From positions 37,820,001-37,884,000 of the forward strand of contig OX597835.1 in NCBI GenBank assembly GCA_951406725.2: a DNA stretch of 64,000 nt, in the 5' to 3' direction. A program made the translations under genes and the position numbers. The stretch is from Octopus vulgaris (Eukaryota). The notes under the pieces are model-generated. The model was not told the origin of the DNA. It saw only the letters and a list, made by a program, of their open reading frames with translations, and did not search any database. This document shows positions 1 to 12,966 of the stretch, in pieces. Positions within the stretch are counted from its first letter, which is position 1; every line of letters begins with the position of its first letter.

Positions 1-142
1 TACTCGAGGATTTATGGTATGTATGTATGTGAGTTTATGTGTTTGTATGTGTTTGTGTGTCTGTTCATATGTAAGTGTTAGAGTGTCTTTGTATATATGT
101 GAGTTTGAGTGTGTGTGTTGTTGCATCACTGTCACTTCATAA

Positions 143-300
143 CTGATGGCTGGTGTGTTTATGTCCCTATAACTTAGCAGTTCGGCAAAATAGACCAATA
201 GAGTATGTACTAGGCTTATGAAGAATAAGTCCTGGCGTCAATTTGTTCGACTAAAGGCAGTGCTCTAGCATGGCCATGGTCAAAATGACTGAAACAAGTG
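143..300 (+). mobile_element. SINE family A, 3' half
   Basis: Matches the 3' half of the full copy at 4532-4940 (ggtgtgtttatgtccc...cagcatggcc...aaatgactgaaacaag). Confidence 0.8.
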
Positions 301-528
301 TACATTTGTGAGTGCATTTTTGTGCATATGTGTGCGTGTATCTCATATTTCACTTGTTTCAGTCATTAGACTATAGCTACACACACACATACATATTACA
401 TGTATACACACAGATGCATACATACACATACATACATACACACACACACATATATATATATGCGTGTATGTATATATATGTATGTATGTATAAATATATA
501 TATATATATACATACATATATATATATG

Positions 529-581
<53 letters not shown>

Positions 582-1841
582 ATATATATACACACACACT
601 AATAACATGATGCCCATAGCAACCATCTTACCTTGATTTATATTAACAATTCTAAGTAAGCCTTATTTATCCATTAATGATTGTCTAAATTGGTAATAAT
701 TCCTATATAAAATGAAGTTAGACATTATGGGAACCAATTTATGGCAGCAAAAGAGGAACAGAATCTCTGAAGGGATCTGAAACAACAAAGCAGAAACTAG
801 CTTTTTTGTTTTTATTTTGTTTTATTTTTGCTTATTTTGTGATTTATTTGTTTTTTTTGTTTTGTTTGGTCATTAATTGCTTTTTTAAAGTGAATTAATT
901 TGATGTAATTTTTACTGTATTTTTCTCTTTAATTCTTGATTTCAAAGGGTCCTTTTTTTTTTTAAGGGAAACTAGTAAGCAAGTAGAACACGGGCAAGGA
1001 GGGGAGAGAGGATGAGAAAAGGAGAGAACAAGAGAGGAGAGATAGGGAGATAGAGAGGGAGAGTGAAGGAGAGAGAGGTGGAGAGACAGATTGACAGACA
1101 GGCAGAGAAAGAAAGAGGAACAAAGAAAGATAGAAACAGAGAGATGAAGAGGGGAAGAGAGAGAGGAAGAGAAAAGATGAGTGAGAGAAAGAGAGATGGA
1201 TGGAGAGATGAACTGAAAAAGAAAAATAGAAACAGAGAAGTGAAGAGAGGAAGAGAGAGAGAGATAAAAGAAGAAATACTTCATAAGGAAGTGTACAGAC
1301 AGACATTTTGACTGCCTCTCTTTGGAGGACAAGTATATAAGTTCAAATCACTGCCACAACAGCAGTATGTTGTGACTCCACATTAGTCAGCAGAGTCAGT
1401 CAAGCAGAAGAGTCAACTGATCAATTTCAGGCAAAGTTTAATTTGAGTTAATGAAGAAAAACTGATGAACAATCATTCAACATGCTAGAAATACTAACCT
1501 AATCTCTTCTGTATCCTAATGCTGTCTTAGTTTAGAAAAGAACACTTTCATCTCATCATCGCAGTCCTTTACGGACAAAAAAAGTCACCAAATATATGTG
1601 TGTATATGTATATATATACGTATATATGTCTGAGTGTGTGTGTGACCACGTATATATCATTGGCGATTTTCTTTCTCCATTTTCCCTTCCTTGGACCTTT
1701 CCTTTTTCTATGTTTCTGATGAAGAGCTCTGCTCAAAACATTAAATCCTCCTTCTTTCTTTCCTTTCCTGAGTGTCCAATAACACTATATTTGTTCCACA
1801 TCCTCGCATTGTGTTTTCTCTTTGTTCATGTTTGGATTAAC

Positions 1842-1891
<50 letters not shown>

Positions 1892-1974
1892 GTAATCCCT
1901 CACCATATCGCGGTTCACCTCACCTATCGCAATTTATTATTTGAGCATATGTCAATTCCTCTGTGGTATTGTGT

Positions 1975-2240
1975 TGCACTCATAATTGTGAAATCATGGG
2001 TTCGATTCCCAGACCGGGAGTTGCATTGTGTCCTTGAGCAAGCACTTCATTTCCTGTTGCTCTGTAATGATTTCATCATCTGACATGTGACACCCATTGC
2101 ACCTGTACAGGTAATATCAAGTTGATGGAGGGAGTGTCTATACAAACATTTGATCACTATAAACAAATTATCTGTGTGGCTGTTTGGTAAGAATTTGTTG
2201 AACCCTCATACGTCATCTAACGATGGTAGAATCCAACATA
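1975..2240 (+). mobile_element. tRNA-derived SINE, CORE-like variant
   Basis: B-box-like ggttcgattccc followed by ttgagcaaagcacttcatttc. Antisense relatives lie at 45265-45565 and 46085-46320. Confidence 0.6.
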
Positions 2241-2261
2241 TATATATATATATATATATTT

Positions 2262-2397
2262 TAAATGAAAAATGCCTTAAATGCTACAAACGTACACGTA
2301 GGATAGACACAAGGACCCTAAATAACCGAGGAAAGATTAGGGTCTTTGTGTCTGTCCTATATGCATGTTTTGTAGTATTTAATACATTTTTCATTTA
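2262..2397. repeat. Imperfect inverted repeat, ~60-bp arms
   Basis: taaatgaaaaatg...gacacaaggaccctaa pairs with ttagggtctttgtgtc...catttttcattta. Directly follows a (TA)n tract. Confidence 0.75.
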
Positions 2398-2622
2398 TGG
2401 ACTAACTGAACGCTGCGCATCCTGACTTTAGTTGACAGTAATTTTATATATATACATACACATACACACATACACACACATATATATATACATGCGTACA
2501 TACATACATTGAATACATACCCACATATTCGCATTCACCCATATCGATGCACTTGTATGCAGACACATATGTCTGTCTGTCTATTTAACTGACTATATAT
2601 GTGTGTGCATCTATATATATCC

Positions 2623-2674
<52 letters not shown>

Positions 2675-2776
2675 GTATGTATATAAGTCAGTGTAATTAT
2701 ACATATATATTTATCTGTGTATATATGCATTCATACATATATATACACACATACATACATACATACATACATACAT

Positions 2777-2824
<48 letters not shown>

Positions 2825-3654
2825 ACACACATGTAGAGGGAGAAATAAAGACAGAGAGGAAGATAACGACATACAATGGATGGGTCTCCGAATCACAGTT
2901 TTATCATCTGCCGACTCCTAAACTAACTACAAATACGAAGAAAGATTAGCATCCACTTCTTATAGATAAAGCAGGCATTATTCTTCATCTTCATTGAATC
3001 ACGTTGGAACCTGAACCGAAACAAAAGAGAATGAAAAAGAAAGAAAGAAAGAAAGAGAGAGACTTCGGGGGGGGGGGGGTAAAGTTAAGTGGGGGGGAAA
3101 TGCGACCCAGAAATGGATGAATAAAAATAAAATGATAAAGAAAGAAAAAAGAAAAGAAAAGAGATATGACAAAGAAAAAAAAAAGAAATCTGAAAAATTA
3201 AGAAAAAAAAACATATTGCAAAGAAAAAAGAATAAGTATATAAACATACATAATATATACATACCTGCATATATGTGTGTGTGTGGGTGTGTGTGTGAAT
3301 ATATATATATATAAATATATATATATATACACAATATATACATATGTAATACATATATAAATAAATAGATATACATACACACACTCATATATATATATAC
3401 ATATGTACATACATATATAAATAGATAGATATACATACACACACACATATATATATACATATGTACATACATAAATAAATAGATAGATATACACACACAC
3501 ACATATATATACATATGTACATACATATATAAATAGATAGATATACACACACACACACACATATATATACATATGTACATACATATATACATACATATAT
3601 ATATATATAAATACACACACACACACATATATATATACATATGTACATACATAT

Positions 3655-3687
<33 letters not shown>

Positions 3688-4227
3688 AATACACACACAC
3701 ACACACATCTATATGTATATATATATATAAAACAAAAGAAAGAAATCTGAAGACAACCACAACAGTGCCATTGCTTGAAAATGAGGAATAATGGCACAAA
3801 AACTTACCAAGAATCCCTCCAAAACAAAAGATCTTGTAGTGTAGATATGTGTGAAGCTAAATCCTCCCCCCACCCTTTCTGTAAAAATAGCAGTAAAAAA
3901 AAATTCGAAAAAAAATTACAAAACCAACAAAAAAATTTGGTAAGAAAGAATGAAAGGCTGCTGCTGATGTTCAAGTTCTCTTTAGGAGTCTTCAGTTCTC
4001 CTATCCCAGAATACAATGGATATGTATTTCCTGTGCACCATTCTGTAAAAATGTAAGATGCTGTTAGTTGGATAATTGCTTTGCTTCACATACAAAAGGA
4101 AACTCTTGTGTTCCTTAAAACAGTCTTTGGTGAACTGAAAAATCAGAGAAAAAGACGAAAAAAAAGGTATGAAAGTAAAAGAATAACAAAAAAAAGCAGC
4201 AAGTAATAATAATAATAATAATAATAA

Positions 4228-4265
<38 letters not shown>

Positions 4266-4531
4266 GTGAAAAGAATATTGGTTTCTTTTATTATTTTAAA
4301 ATGGTAAGAAACAGCAGCCATAGTAATACATACATACATGCATACATCATACGTATGTACATACATATCTATATACATACATACACACACGTGTATGTAT
4401 ATGTATGTCTGTGTGTATATATATATATACATATATGTATGTATATAATTATAGTTTATGTATTAGATCAAAGTTGCATAATTCATTTCAAAAGGAAATA
4501 TGATTCACATTACACATGCTAATACATATAT

Positions 4532-4940
4532 AGGCGCAGGAGTGGCTGTGTGGTAAGTAGCTTGCTAACCAACCACATGGTTCCAGGTTCAGTCCCACTG
4601 CATGGCATCTTGGGCAAGTGTCTTCTGCTATAGCCTCCGGCCGACCAATGCCTTGTGAGTGGATTTGGTAGATGGAAACTGAAAGAAGCCCGTCGTATAT
4701 ATGTATATATATATATATGTATGTGTGTTTGTGTGTCTGTGTTTGTCTCCCTAGCATTGCTTGATAACCGATGCTGGTGTGTTTATGTTCCTATCACTTA
4801 GCAGTTCGGCAAAAGAGACCGATAGAATAAGTACTAAGCTTACAAAGAATAAGTCCCGGGGTTGATTTGCTCGACTAAAGGCGGTGCTCCAGCATAGCTG
4901 CAGTCAAATGACTGAAACAAGTAAACGAGTAAAAAAGAAG
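4532..4940 (+). mobile_element. SINE family A, full length (tRNA head, central TA/TG microsatellite, purine-rich tail)
   Basis: A-box-like tggctgtgtggt and B-box-like ggttcagtccc. More than 10 homologous copies in the window. Confidence 0.9.
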
Positions 4941-5082
4941 AGTATATACATTCGTACATATATTGTCATCATCATCATCATCATCATCATTATCATCATC
5001 ATTATCATCATCATTTAACGTCTGTTGTCCATGCTGGCATAGATTGAACAGTTTGACCAGAGTTGGCAAGCTCGGGGGCTGC

Positions 5083-5340
5083 CCTCCGTTGGTTACGACG
5101 AGTGTTCCAGTTGATCCAATCAATGGAGCAGCCCACTCATGAAATCGATGTGCAAGAGGTTGAGTACTTCACAGACGTGCATGCCCTTAATCTAGTTCTC
5201 AAGGAGGTTCAACTTGACACAGACTATGACAAGGTTGTTCCTTTAAAATATATTTTGTCATCTGAGTGGAGTGGAGGAATGTGAAGTAGAGTATCTTGCT
5301 GAAGAACACAACACATCACCAGGAATCGAACTAAGCCATA
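5083..5340 (-). mobile_element. SINE family D-like, diverged copy
   Basis: Reverse complement resembles the 3' part of 25015-25400. Confidence 0.65.
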
Positions 5341-5344
5341 TATA

Positions 5345-6195
5345 CAGCTGTGGCTGTGTGGTAAGAAGCTTGCTTCCCAACCACATGGTCTTGGGTTCAG
5401 TTTCATTGCATGGCACCTTGGGCAGGTGTCCTGTACTATAGCCTCAGGCCAACCAAAGCATTGTGAGTGGATTTGGTAGACGGAAACTGAAAGAAGCCTG
5501 TCATATATATATGTGTGTGTGTGTGTGTCTTTGTGACAGCATTTGTTCCCCACCATTGCTGGACAGCCGATGCTGGTGTGTTTATGTCCCCTTAACATTT
5601 CAGCAAAATCCTCATCATCATTGTTCGACTGTGGTCAAGACAATGGAATTTACTATGCTACGCCAGACTTCATGGTCCATCATAGCATTACGGAGGTCCT
5701 GTTGCTGGATGCCTGTATCCCTGGAGATTACATCAGGATAGGAGAGTGTGCGCCCTCTGCTATTGCGAGTAGATAGCTTCTGGAGGAGAAGAGTAGAAAT
5801 TACCTTGTTTTCAGCTCTACAACAATGTTCAGCAAACTGGAATTTTCTACCTTTCACAAGAGATGATACAGGTGGTAATTTCCCATATATTTGTACTTTG
5901 GTTGGATGATGCTTCCATGAGAGATTTTGAGCTTTCATAAGGAGGTGAGTGTAAGTTCAATCCAACTGCCTCTCACGCTTCTTTGATAACGTCCAGGTTT
6001 CTAAACCATATAGTAGAATCGGTTCGACTGTGGCTTTGAAGATTTTTGAAAAAATCAGCAAAATAGACCGATAGAAAAAGTACTTGGCTTACAAAGGATA
6101 ATTTCTGGGGTTGATTTCTTCAACTAAAACCCTTTCAGGTGGTGCTCCAGCATGGCTACATTCAAATGGCTGAAACATATAAAAGAGTAAAAGAA
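5345..6195 (+). mobile_element. SINE family A copy interrupted by a LINE
   Basis: SINE sequence stops at 5609 and resumes at 6055, with tcagcaaaat duplicated. Confidence 0.85.
5610..6054 (-). mobile_element. 5'-truncated RTE-clade LINE (ORF2 C-terminus)
   Basis: Translates IFKATVEPILLYGLETW...QFAEHCCRAE...RNAMMDHEVWRSIVNSI. Has a (tga)n tail and a 10-bp TSD tcagcaaaat at 5600-5609 and 6055-6064. Confidence 0.85.
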
Positions 6196-6603
6196 TATAT
6201 ATATGGTCTGTAAGAAAACATAAATCCGAAAGAAGAAGCACACTCTAAAATATAGTGCAGCGTATATTAAAAATGGGGAAGGCTGGTTTATGGGATTATA
6301 TTAGGTTTCCTGTCCATAAAGGGTTTAGCTTTATGGTGTATTGTCAGATTCCAAAACCTGTTGGTCTTCCCCATTTATATATATATATATACATAGAGAG
6401 AGAGATGTACTTGCATAGCGAGTGACTTGATCTGAGATCGTGTGCTGGAATGAAAACGATTGCAGTGTGGAAGGTGTTTATAAGCCCATTAAGAATCACA
6501 CAAACCATTAGATTCACTTCGACATTTAAATTTAATTTATCAAAATATTTTCGGTGCTTTGAGACCGCGACCTGTTCACTTACAAAATTCTATGCTGTTG
6601 TTT

Positions 6604-6699
<96 letters not shown>

Positions 6700-6850
6700 T
6701 TTGTATGTTTGTGTGTCTGTGTTTACGTCCCTGTAACTTAGTGGTTCGACAAAAGATACTAGTAGAATAAGTACTAGGTTTACAAATAATAAAGGCAGTG
6801 CTCCAACATGGCCACAGTCAAATGACTGAAACAAATAAAAGAATTAAAGA
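6700..6850 (+). mobile_element. SINE family A, 3' half
   Basis: Homology to about 4770-4930. Confidence 0.75.
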
Positions 6851-7044
6851 ATATATATATATGTATACATACACACAATCACACACACACACACATATTG
6901 TACCTTTGCAACATATATCATCATCATTATCATCAACATCATCATTGCTTAAGGTCCGCCTTCCATGCTGGCATGGGTTGGATGGTTTGACAGGAGCTGG
7001 CCAGGTGGGACCCTGCACCAGGCTTCTGTGTCATCTAAGATGCA

Positions 7045-7455
7045 CTTGATGGCAGTTTTGATGCTGTGCAGGAAGAGACTTCATTGCACAAGGTCAGAGC
7101 TTTTCCACTTGGGTTGGTGGCACCTGCAACGTGGACAATGCACCAATCAATAATTCCATACTGGTAACCAAGTATTTGACAGAGATGGGCATCAAACCTG
7201 TCCCTCATCTTCTCTACAATGCAGTCATTGTTCCCTGTAACTTTTAGATTTTCGTTAAGTTGAAGGAGGCTACGACAAGGGTCCTGATACTTTCACTTTG
7301 GGGAACTTATTTGAGGCCTTCGCAATGTGACTGAAGTGCTACAACAAGTGCATTGAAGGCATAGGATCCTACTTTGGAGGGGATTAGAGTTCTGTACTTC
7401 TTTCAAATTAATAAATGTCTCTACTGAAAAGGTCTCAAAACATCAGGAATGTAAC
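7045..7455 (+). mobile_element. Decayed mariner transposase C-terminal relic
   Basis: Frameshifted WWHL..DNAP..NSILVTKYLTEMGIKPVPH and KCIEGIGSYFGGD-stop, typical of mariner C-termini. Confidence 0.7.
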
Positions 7456-7536
7456 TGAAGTAGGTGTGTGTGTGTGTTTGTATGTTTGATAAGTGCCAAA
7501 GCATGAAACTCTTGGTCCTTGAGTCACTCTGTTAGT

Positions 7537-7569
<33 letters not shown>

Positions 7570-7574
<5 letters not shown>

Positions 7575-7841
7575 ATAAATATTAGGGAATAAATCCAACT
7601 TACAGGGAAAAATCAGATTCAGGATTGAATCCAATTTTATAGTAAAATATTATATTATATTAAATTAGAGACAAAACCATGATCGTTTCATGGCTGCCAT
7701 GAAACGATCGTAGTGTGATATTAATTATATTTTTTTAATAATTTTGTTATATATTTAAATAATATAAATTAAATAATCTTATGTATTGGCTTAAGTTTTT
7801 CATTGTATGATTTGCCTAATAGTGGTTTTGTCTCTAATTTA

Positions 7842-7850
<9 letters not shown>
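7570..7850. mobile_element. Fold-back fragment of an HHR/Penelope-like terminal repeat
   Basis: Inverted tatattaaattagagacaaaacca / tggttttgtctctaatttaatata around the hairpin gatcgtttcatgg-ctg-ccatgaaacgatc, which contains GAAAcgatcgTA. Flanked by (TA)n. Related piece at 60350-60450. Confidence 0.55.
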
Positions 7851-7870
<20 letters not shown>

Positions 7871-7876
<6 letters not shown>

Positions 7877-8371
7877 TTAAACAATTAAGGATAACTTCTT
7901 AATAAGGAATCTTAACAAGAAATTATCAGGTAGATAGCGTGAAAAACCTCATAAGAGAAAAATTTCGAAAATAATTCTTTCTTATTGAACATATTAATTC
8001 ATATATAGAGGGCATTATTATACATACATGCCTCACGCTAAGAGGGACATCAGTTATTTCTACCAAAAAATTTTACTAATCATACCCAATGCAATTTTTC
8101 AAAGCAAGACATTTAAAAAATGAATTTAGTCTTGTATCACCTGTGATTTCGCACTTACCGCAGAGTTGCGACCATGCTCATCAGCAAGACTGATTCTGAA
8201 CATATCATAAATAAACGACCAGTACCGTCAAAGTCGAACAGCCATCTGCTTTATTCCAACGAAGCACATGGAGAAGTTTACATATCATACATCCGGTAAA
8301 TGGCGGGCTTCTTCGAATTGCATTTCGGATAGGAAAAGTTTTTTCGGAATAAATTTAAACAATTAAGGATA
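7871..8371 (-). mobile_element. 478-bp HHR-containing unit bounded by a 23-bp direct repeat (Penelope pLTR or retrozyme-like)
   Basis: ataaatttaaacaattaaggata at 7871-7893 and 8349-8371. Contains an intact HHR and starts in a (TA)n tract. Confidence 0.7.
8122..8196 (-). ncRNA. Type I hammerhead ribozyme, canonical core
   Basis: Minus strand reads agtcttg-CTGATGA-gcatggtcgcaactctgcggtaagtgc-GAAA-tcacaggtga-TA-caagact. Perfect 7-bp stem I, G-C pair closing stem II, stem III atcac/gtgat, cleavage triplet AUA. Confidence 0.85.
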
Positions 8372-8645
8372 CGATCTACGGAACAGCTTGCTTATGAAAT
8401 TAACGTGCAAGTGGCTGAGCATTCCACAGACACGTGTACTCTTAACATAGTTCTCAGGGAGATTCAGCGTAACACAGAGCTTGACAAGGCCGGCCCTTTG
8501 AAATACAGATGCTACTCATTTTTGCCAGATGAATGCAACATGAAATAAAGTTGTCTTGCTCAAGGATACAACGCGTCACCAGGAATCGAACTCACAACCT
8601 TACAATCGTGAGCCGAATGCCCTAACCACTAAGCCATGCACCCTC
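8372..8645 (-). mobile_element. tRNA-derived SINE (family D / CORE-like)
   Basis: Minus-strand head tggcttagtggttagggcattcggctcacgattgtaaggttgtgagttcgattcc. 3' part shared with 25220-25350. Confidence 0.75.
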
Positions 8646-9649
8646 ATATATATATATATATATACAAGAGACCAAAGTGTACGTACACCATTATATATAT
8701 ATATATATATATACAGCTGGATGCCCTTCCTAATACCAACCACTTTACAGAGTGTGCTCGGCGCCACGCAGTCACCTTTATGTGACATTGCATGAGCACT
8801 TTTACATGATGCCACATGGGAACTTTTACATCTTGATGCATGAGTGCTTTTACATGGAACCACATGGACAGTTTTACCTGACACCACTATGAATGCTTTA
8901 CACCACCAAAAAGCTCTGTCTTAACACTTCTGCTGTAGAGTTCATAGATGGATATACATACATATATATGTATGTATATTTAAAGGGCTAAAAAACCACT
9001 AGGTGGTCAGCCGTATGCTAGAAGTAGATCACCTACGATCAAACTACAAAGAAAAGAATGTTCTCTAGAGGAAAATTCAGCGGATATATACGTATGTGTA
9101 TGTGAGATCATGCTCATTTGACAGGGATCTGCACATTTAAAGACAGCTGTAACATCTGTATTAAAAATGTCAATTCAGGAATAGGACACTGTTTGATAAG
9201 AAGCAACCAAGAGTTTAGTTGGTGGAAGGTGATACCCAACACCTTCATTTCGCTTGTGTGTATTCACACTTTCTTTTCGGTTTGAAGCTAGGTTCTATGA
9301 ATATTTTGTTTCACTCAAGTTGACATTTAATTCTGTGATGAAACTCCAAATGTTTGGATGAAATTCCACAGGTATTTCAAGATAAATTTGATAATGCTGA
9401 AATTACATTCCTCTGCCGTTGTTGATGTTTGCTTAATTGCAGGAAATTGCATTCAGAATAACTATCAGATTGCTTTGATTCCTCATCCTCATTGCAACAG
9501 TAGCAAATTGGTGGAATCAGCAGTGTGTTAGAAGACAAGACTGCACTATTTGTTCTGAATTCCTGCAATCTGAGTTCAAAACCTACCTAGGTAATCTTTG
9601 TCTTTCATTCTTTCACGGTTGATAAAATAGAGTTAAGACATGACAAAAC

Positions 9650-10040
9650 AAGTCCCTTAACCCTTTGGGGGTCGTTGCGGGTGCTGTAGCTATACAGTAT
9701 ATCTAGGGTGAGAAATCCTGGTGGAGCCCATCCCTCTCTAGGCTAAACTCATTTCTACAGCTGAGTGGAGTGGAGCAGCATGAAATGAAGTGTTTTGCTC
9801 AAGAACACAATGGACTGCCCCGTTCAGGGATTGAAACCACAATCTTATGGTTGTAAATCCTAATCACTAAGTGACGTGCCTCCACTAGTGGTACTCATGT
9901 CTACAGCTGAGTGGACTGGAGCTGCATGAAGTGAAGTGTTTTGCTCAAGAACACAACACATCACCTGGTCCAGGAATTGAAACCACAACATTACAATCAT
10001 GAGTCCAACACCCTAACCACTAAGCCATGTACCTTCATGC
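9650..10040 (-). mobile_element. Two tandem CORE-like SINE copies
   Basis: Block cagctgagtgga..tggagc..catgaa.tgaagtgttttgctcaagaacacaa repeated at about 9755 and 9903, each with a tRNA-like head. Confidence 0.7.
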
Positions 10041-10168
10041 AGAGTTAATAACATACAAGTCAAGGATCCATGGCAGTGGATTTTGAAGGGTCTTTAGAGA
10101 TTTGAGTGCAATGCCTTGTGGTGTTTATTCTGAGTCTTGTATGTTGGATTGTTCTGAATTATTCTGAA

Positions 10169-10544
10169 CTAGCACTATGACCCGGCAACGCCGGGTCATA
10201 GTGCTAGTGCACGCATATACAGCTGCGTGCGTGTGCACATACACACGAGTACTGTCCAAATTTCTGACCAATCACATACAGCTAGCTGGCATTCAACTGG
10301 CGTATCAAGTTTTGGGCATTTTGATTGGGTTTTGGATTGAAAATTCACAAAAAAGTCACTTCTATTGATTTTTTAATGGCTTTGCGGGGTGACTGGAGAA
10401 ATGTAAAGATCTGCACGACCACCCTTGAATGGTTTTGAATGACCATACAAAGTGCAAACCCTCTAACTGAAAAATTGTGGATTTGTATAAAGGACATGCA
10501 CACACACACACACGTAAACATTTTGCCGTTTATATATATAGAGA
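10169..10544 (-). mobile_element. Non-autonomous Helitron, ~376 bp
   Basis: Minus strand starts A|TCTCTATATATATAAA and ends with a GC hairpin plus CTAG|T. No TSD. Confidence 0.85.
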
Positions 10545-11089
10545 TTCTTGGATGTTGGATTAAGTCTGCTGCACAGTTTAACATGGCCACTTGGTTTTTG
10601 GGCATGGGGTACCTTTTATGGTGCTTACAGTGTTGAAAAGCATTTGGATGAGGTCTCTGTTTTGAGACAATTTACTCTCATTCGAAAGGCATTTGGGTGA
10701 AGTCTCTACTTCAAGGATAACTATCAGTCCTGTAAGATGAAAGCTCATAAGCATGACCTTTTGACAAAATGGTAAGCAAAAAGCAAGGAAAACAGAAATA
10801 TCATCTCGAGGCCTCACTCACGTATATGTGTTCCTCTACTTCATTTCGTCATGACTGTTGATTGTATACTCTCTTTTACTTGTTTCAGTCATTTGACTGC
10901 AGCCATGCTGGAGCACTGCCTTTAGTCAAGGAAATCGATCCCATGATTTATTCTTTGTAAGCCGAGTACTTATTCTATTGGCCTCTTTTGCTGAACCCTA
11001 AGTTATGGGGACGTAAACACATCAACATCAGTTGTCAAGCAATTTTGGGAGGACAAACACAGACACAAAAACACTCATATATATATACA

Positions 11090-12706
11090 CTAGCAGAATT
11101 GTCCGGCGTTGCTCGGGGCTGAATTGCTTGAAAGTACTGTTAATGATTGCACTGAATTATAATGATTATTCAGGCAAATATTGATATAAGTTTACGGTGG
11201 GAGATAAGGACTTAACGATCAAACGTGTGCCATTGCATTGTTTTGGGGGAACCAAATTTCTGATGAGCATTATAGGGGCACCAACTTTATGTTTGAGAAA
11301 GTGTGGTGGTAGTCCGGGGTGCTCAAAGGAATTGAGTACCTCTATTGGATAGTTGATGACGTCCTCTGGGTCAGGAGTTGTATCGATAGACTGATATACA
11401 TAGACTTCCCCAGGAATGAGTTTTAGCATTTCATCATTAATATGGTGAACAGTTTTATTCCTCGGGGCCAGTATAGCCTTTTTGCCAATCCAATCCATAT
11501 TCTGATAATTAGCTTGTAGATCTGGGAACACTGCATCTCTGAGATCAGAAGGCGTCTTAACAATGGTACAAATGGAATCGATGGCAATATTACCATTTTC
11601 ATCCCCTGTTATTTTGCCTTCGCCAAGTGCAAGGAGGGTGTGAGGAAATGCTGCTGATGTGATATTACGTCGCATATGAGCACGCATATTGGTGTGAAGT
11701 TTGAGAGTTACTTCCCTTTATTAAAAAAATATGCATTAAAATGGAAAAAAATGATGGTAAATTATTTGTAAAATCATAGACTCATCGTAGACGCGCGCTA
11801 ATACCCAGAAAGGCTCGATATGAATCACGACTATAACATACCCGGTTTTGGTTAAACTGCATCGCAAAATGTGGGAGTAGTTAGGAATCTAAATCGGAGT
11901 AGACAGACACACAACCTTTCTTTTATATATAAATATTTTTGTCCTAAAAAACTTTGTATGGATTGAATGGTTACCTCTATGGAAATATATACACACACGT
12001 TATACATACATGTGTGCATAGATGAATATATAAATACATTTATATATCTATATACACTTTTGGGCGATCTTTGTGCTACTTAGAGATAACTTTAGATCTT
12101 ATTTTCGTCCTAAAAAATTTTGTATGGAGTGAAAGGTTACCTCTATGGAAATATATACACACACATTATACATACATCTGTGTATAGATGAATATATAAA
12201 TACATTTAAATATCTATATACACTTTTGGGCGATCTTTCTGCTACTTGGATATAGGTCTTATATTCGTCCTAAAAAACTTTCCTGTCACACACTCACGCA
12301 CACGCACACACACACACGCACCCTCACACACACACACACGCTAGCTTACAATTTTATTTATATATTTGCGTGTTTATGTGTGTAAAGAGGAAGTGGGAAT
12401 GCAGAGTGAAAGAGTCACTCAGTACAAAAAGTGAATTACTTTCACTTTATTCGTTGCACACTCTGTGTGTGCGTTTGCGTGTGCTGTAGCCCACACTAAG
12501 AGGAGCATTTGACTTATACACCACAACGTGAGTTTTCTCTAAATTTTGCTTAATTGGGGTTGAAATTTTAAAAACTGTACCTGGCACAACCCGATGCATT
12601 CTACTCTTAAAAATGCTAGGTAAATTGTAATTGAAGAAATCCTATATTGTAGATTTCTATAAGATACAAAGGGAGGCAGATAAAATCTGCCTTTTATAAT
12701 AAGAGA
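11090..12706 (-). mobile_element. Composite Helitron with a helicase fragment
   Basis: 5' A|TCTCTTATTATAAAAG at 12706; 3' cccgagcaacgccgg hairpin and CTAG|T at 11090. Second 5'-like end near 11935; ~160-166-bp tandem repeat at 11941-12280. Confidence 0.85.
11166..11710 (-). pseudogene. Helitron Pif1-family helicase fragment
   Basis: LHTNMR...AILAPRN...INDEML...E.LNS...GLPPH.L..KVGAPIMLIRNL...CNGTRLIV motifs. Truncated at both ends. Confidence 0.9.
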
Positions 12707-12966
12707 TATATATGAGGGGCTTATTTCAGTTTCCGTCTACCAAACGCACTCACAAGGCTTTGGTCGACCTGAAGCTATAGTAGAAGACACTTGCCCAAGG
12801 TGCCACACAGTGGGACTGAACCCGGAACTATGTGGCTGGTAAGCAAGCTACTTACCTCACAGCCACTCCTGCGCCTATCACAAATTTTTTTTACTTGTCT
12901 TGAGTCTTAGGTCTCAAGACCAGTTATCCTGTTTCCACAATGCATAAGTGAGAGAGACCAAGACAT

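Larger units (their letters stand above)
10868..12876 (-). mobile_element. SINE family A copy split by a Helitron
   Basis: 3' half at 10868-11089 and 5' half at 12707-12876 (ends ccactcctgcgcct) are collinear across the insertion. Confidence 0.85.

Noticed and set aside
1890-1975. Tigger/pogo-like terminal sequence cagtaatccctc...atcgcggttcac
   Set aside because: Only one end is present, with no matching TIR or transposase.
3808-3878. Possible minus-strand exon with good ag/gtaagt sites
   Set aside because: The peptide is unrecognisable and there are no partner exons. It cannot be supported without RNA data.
9100-9500. Minus-strand CYCC...EC and HPNIWSFI motifs hinting at an L1 or MULE relic
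   Set aside because: The motifs are in different frames and too short to assign.
11166-11687. Host PIF1 gene
   Set aside because: It is an intronless fragment enclosed by Helitron termini, so it is transposon-derived.
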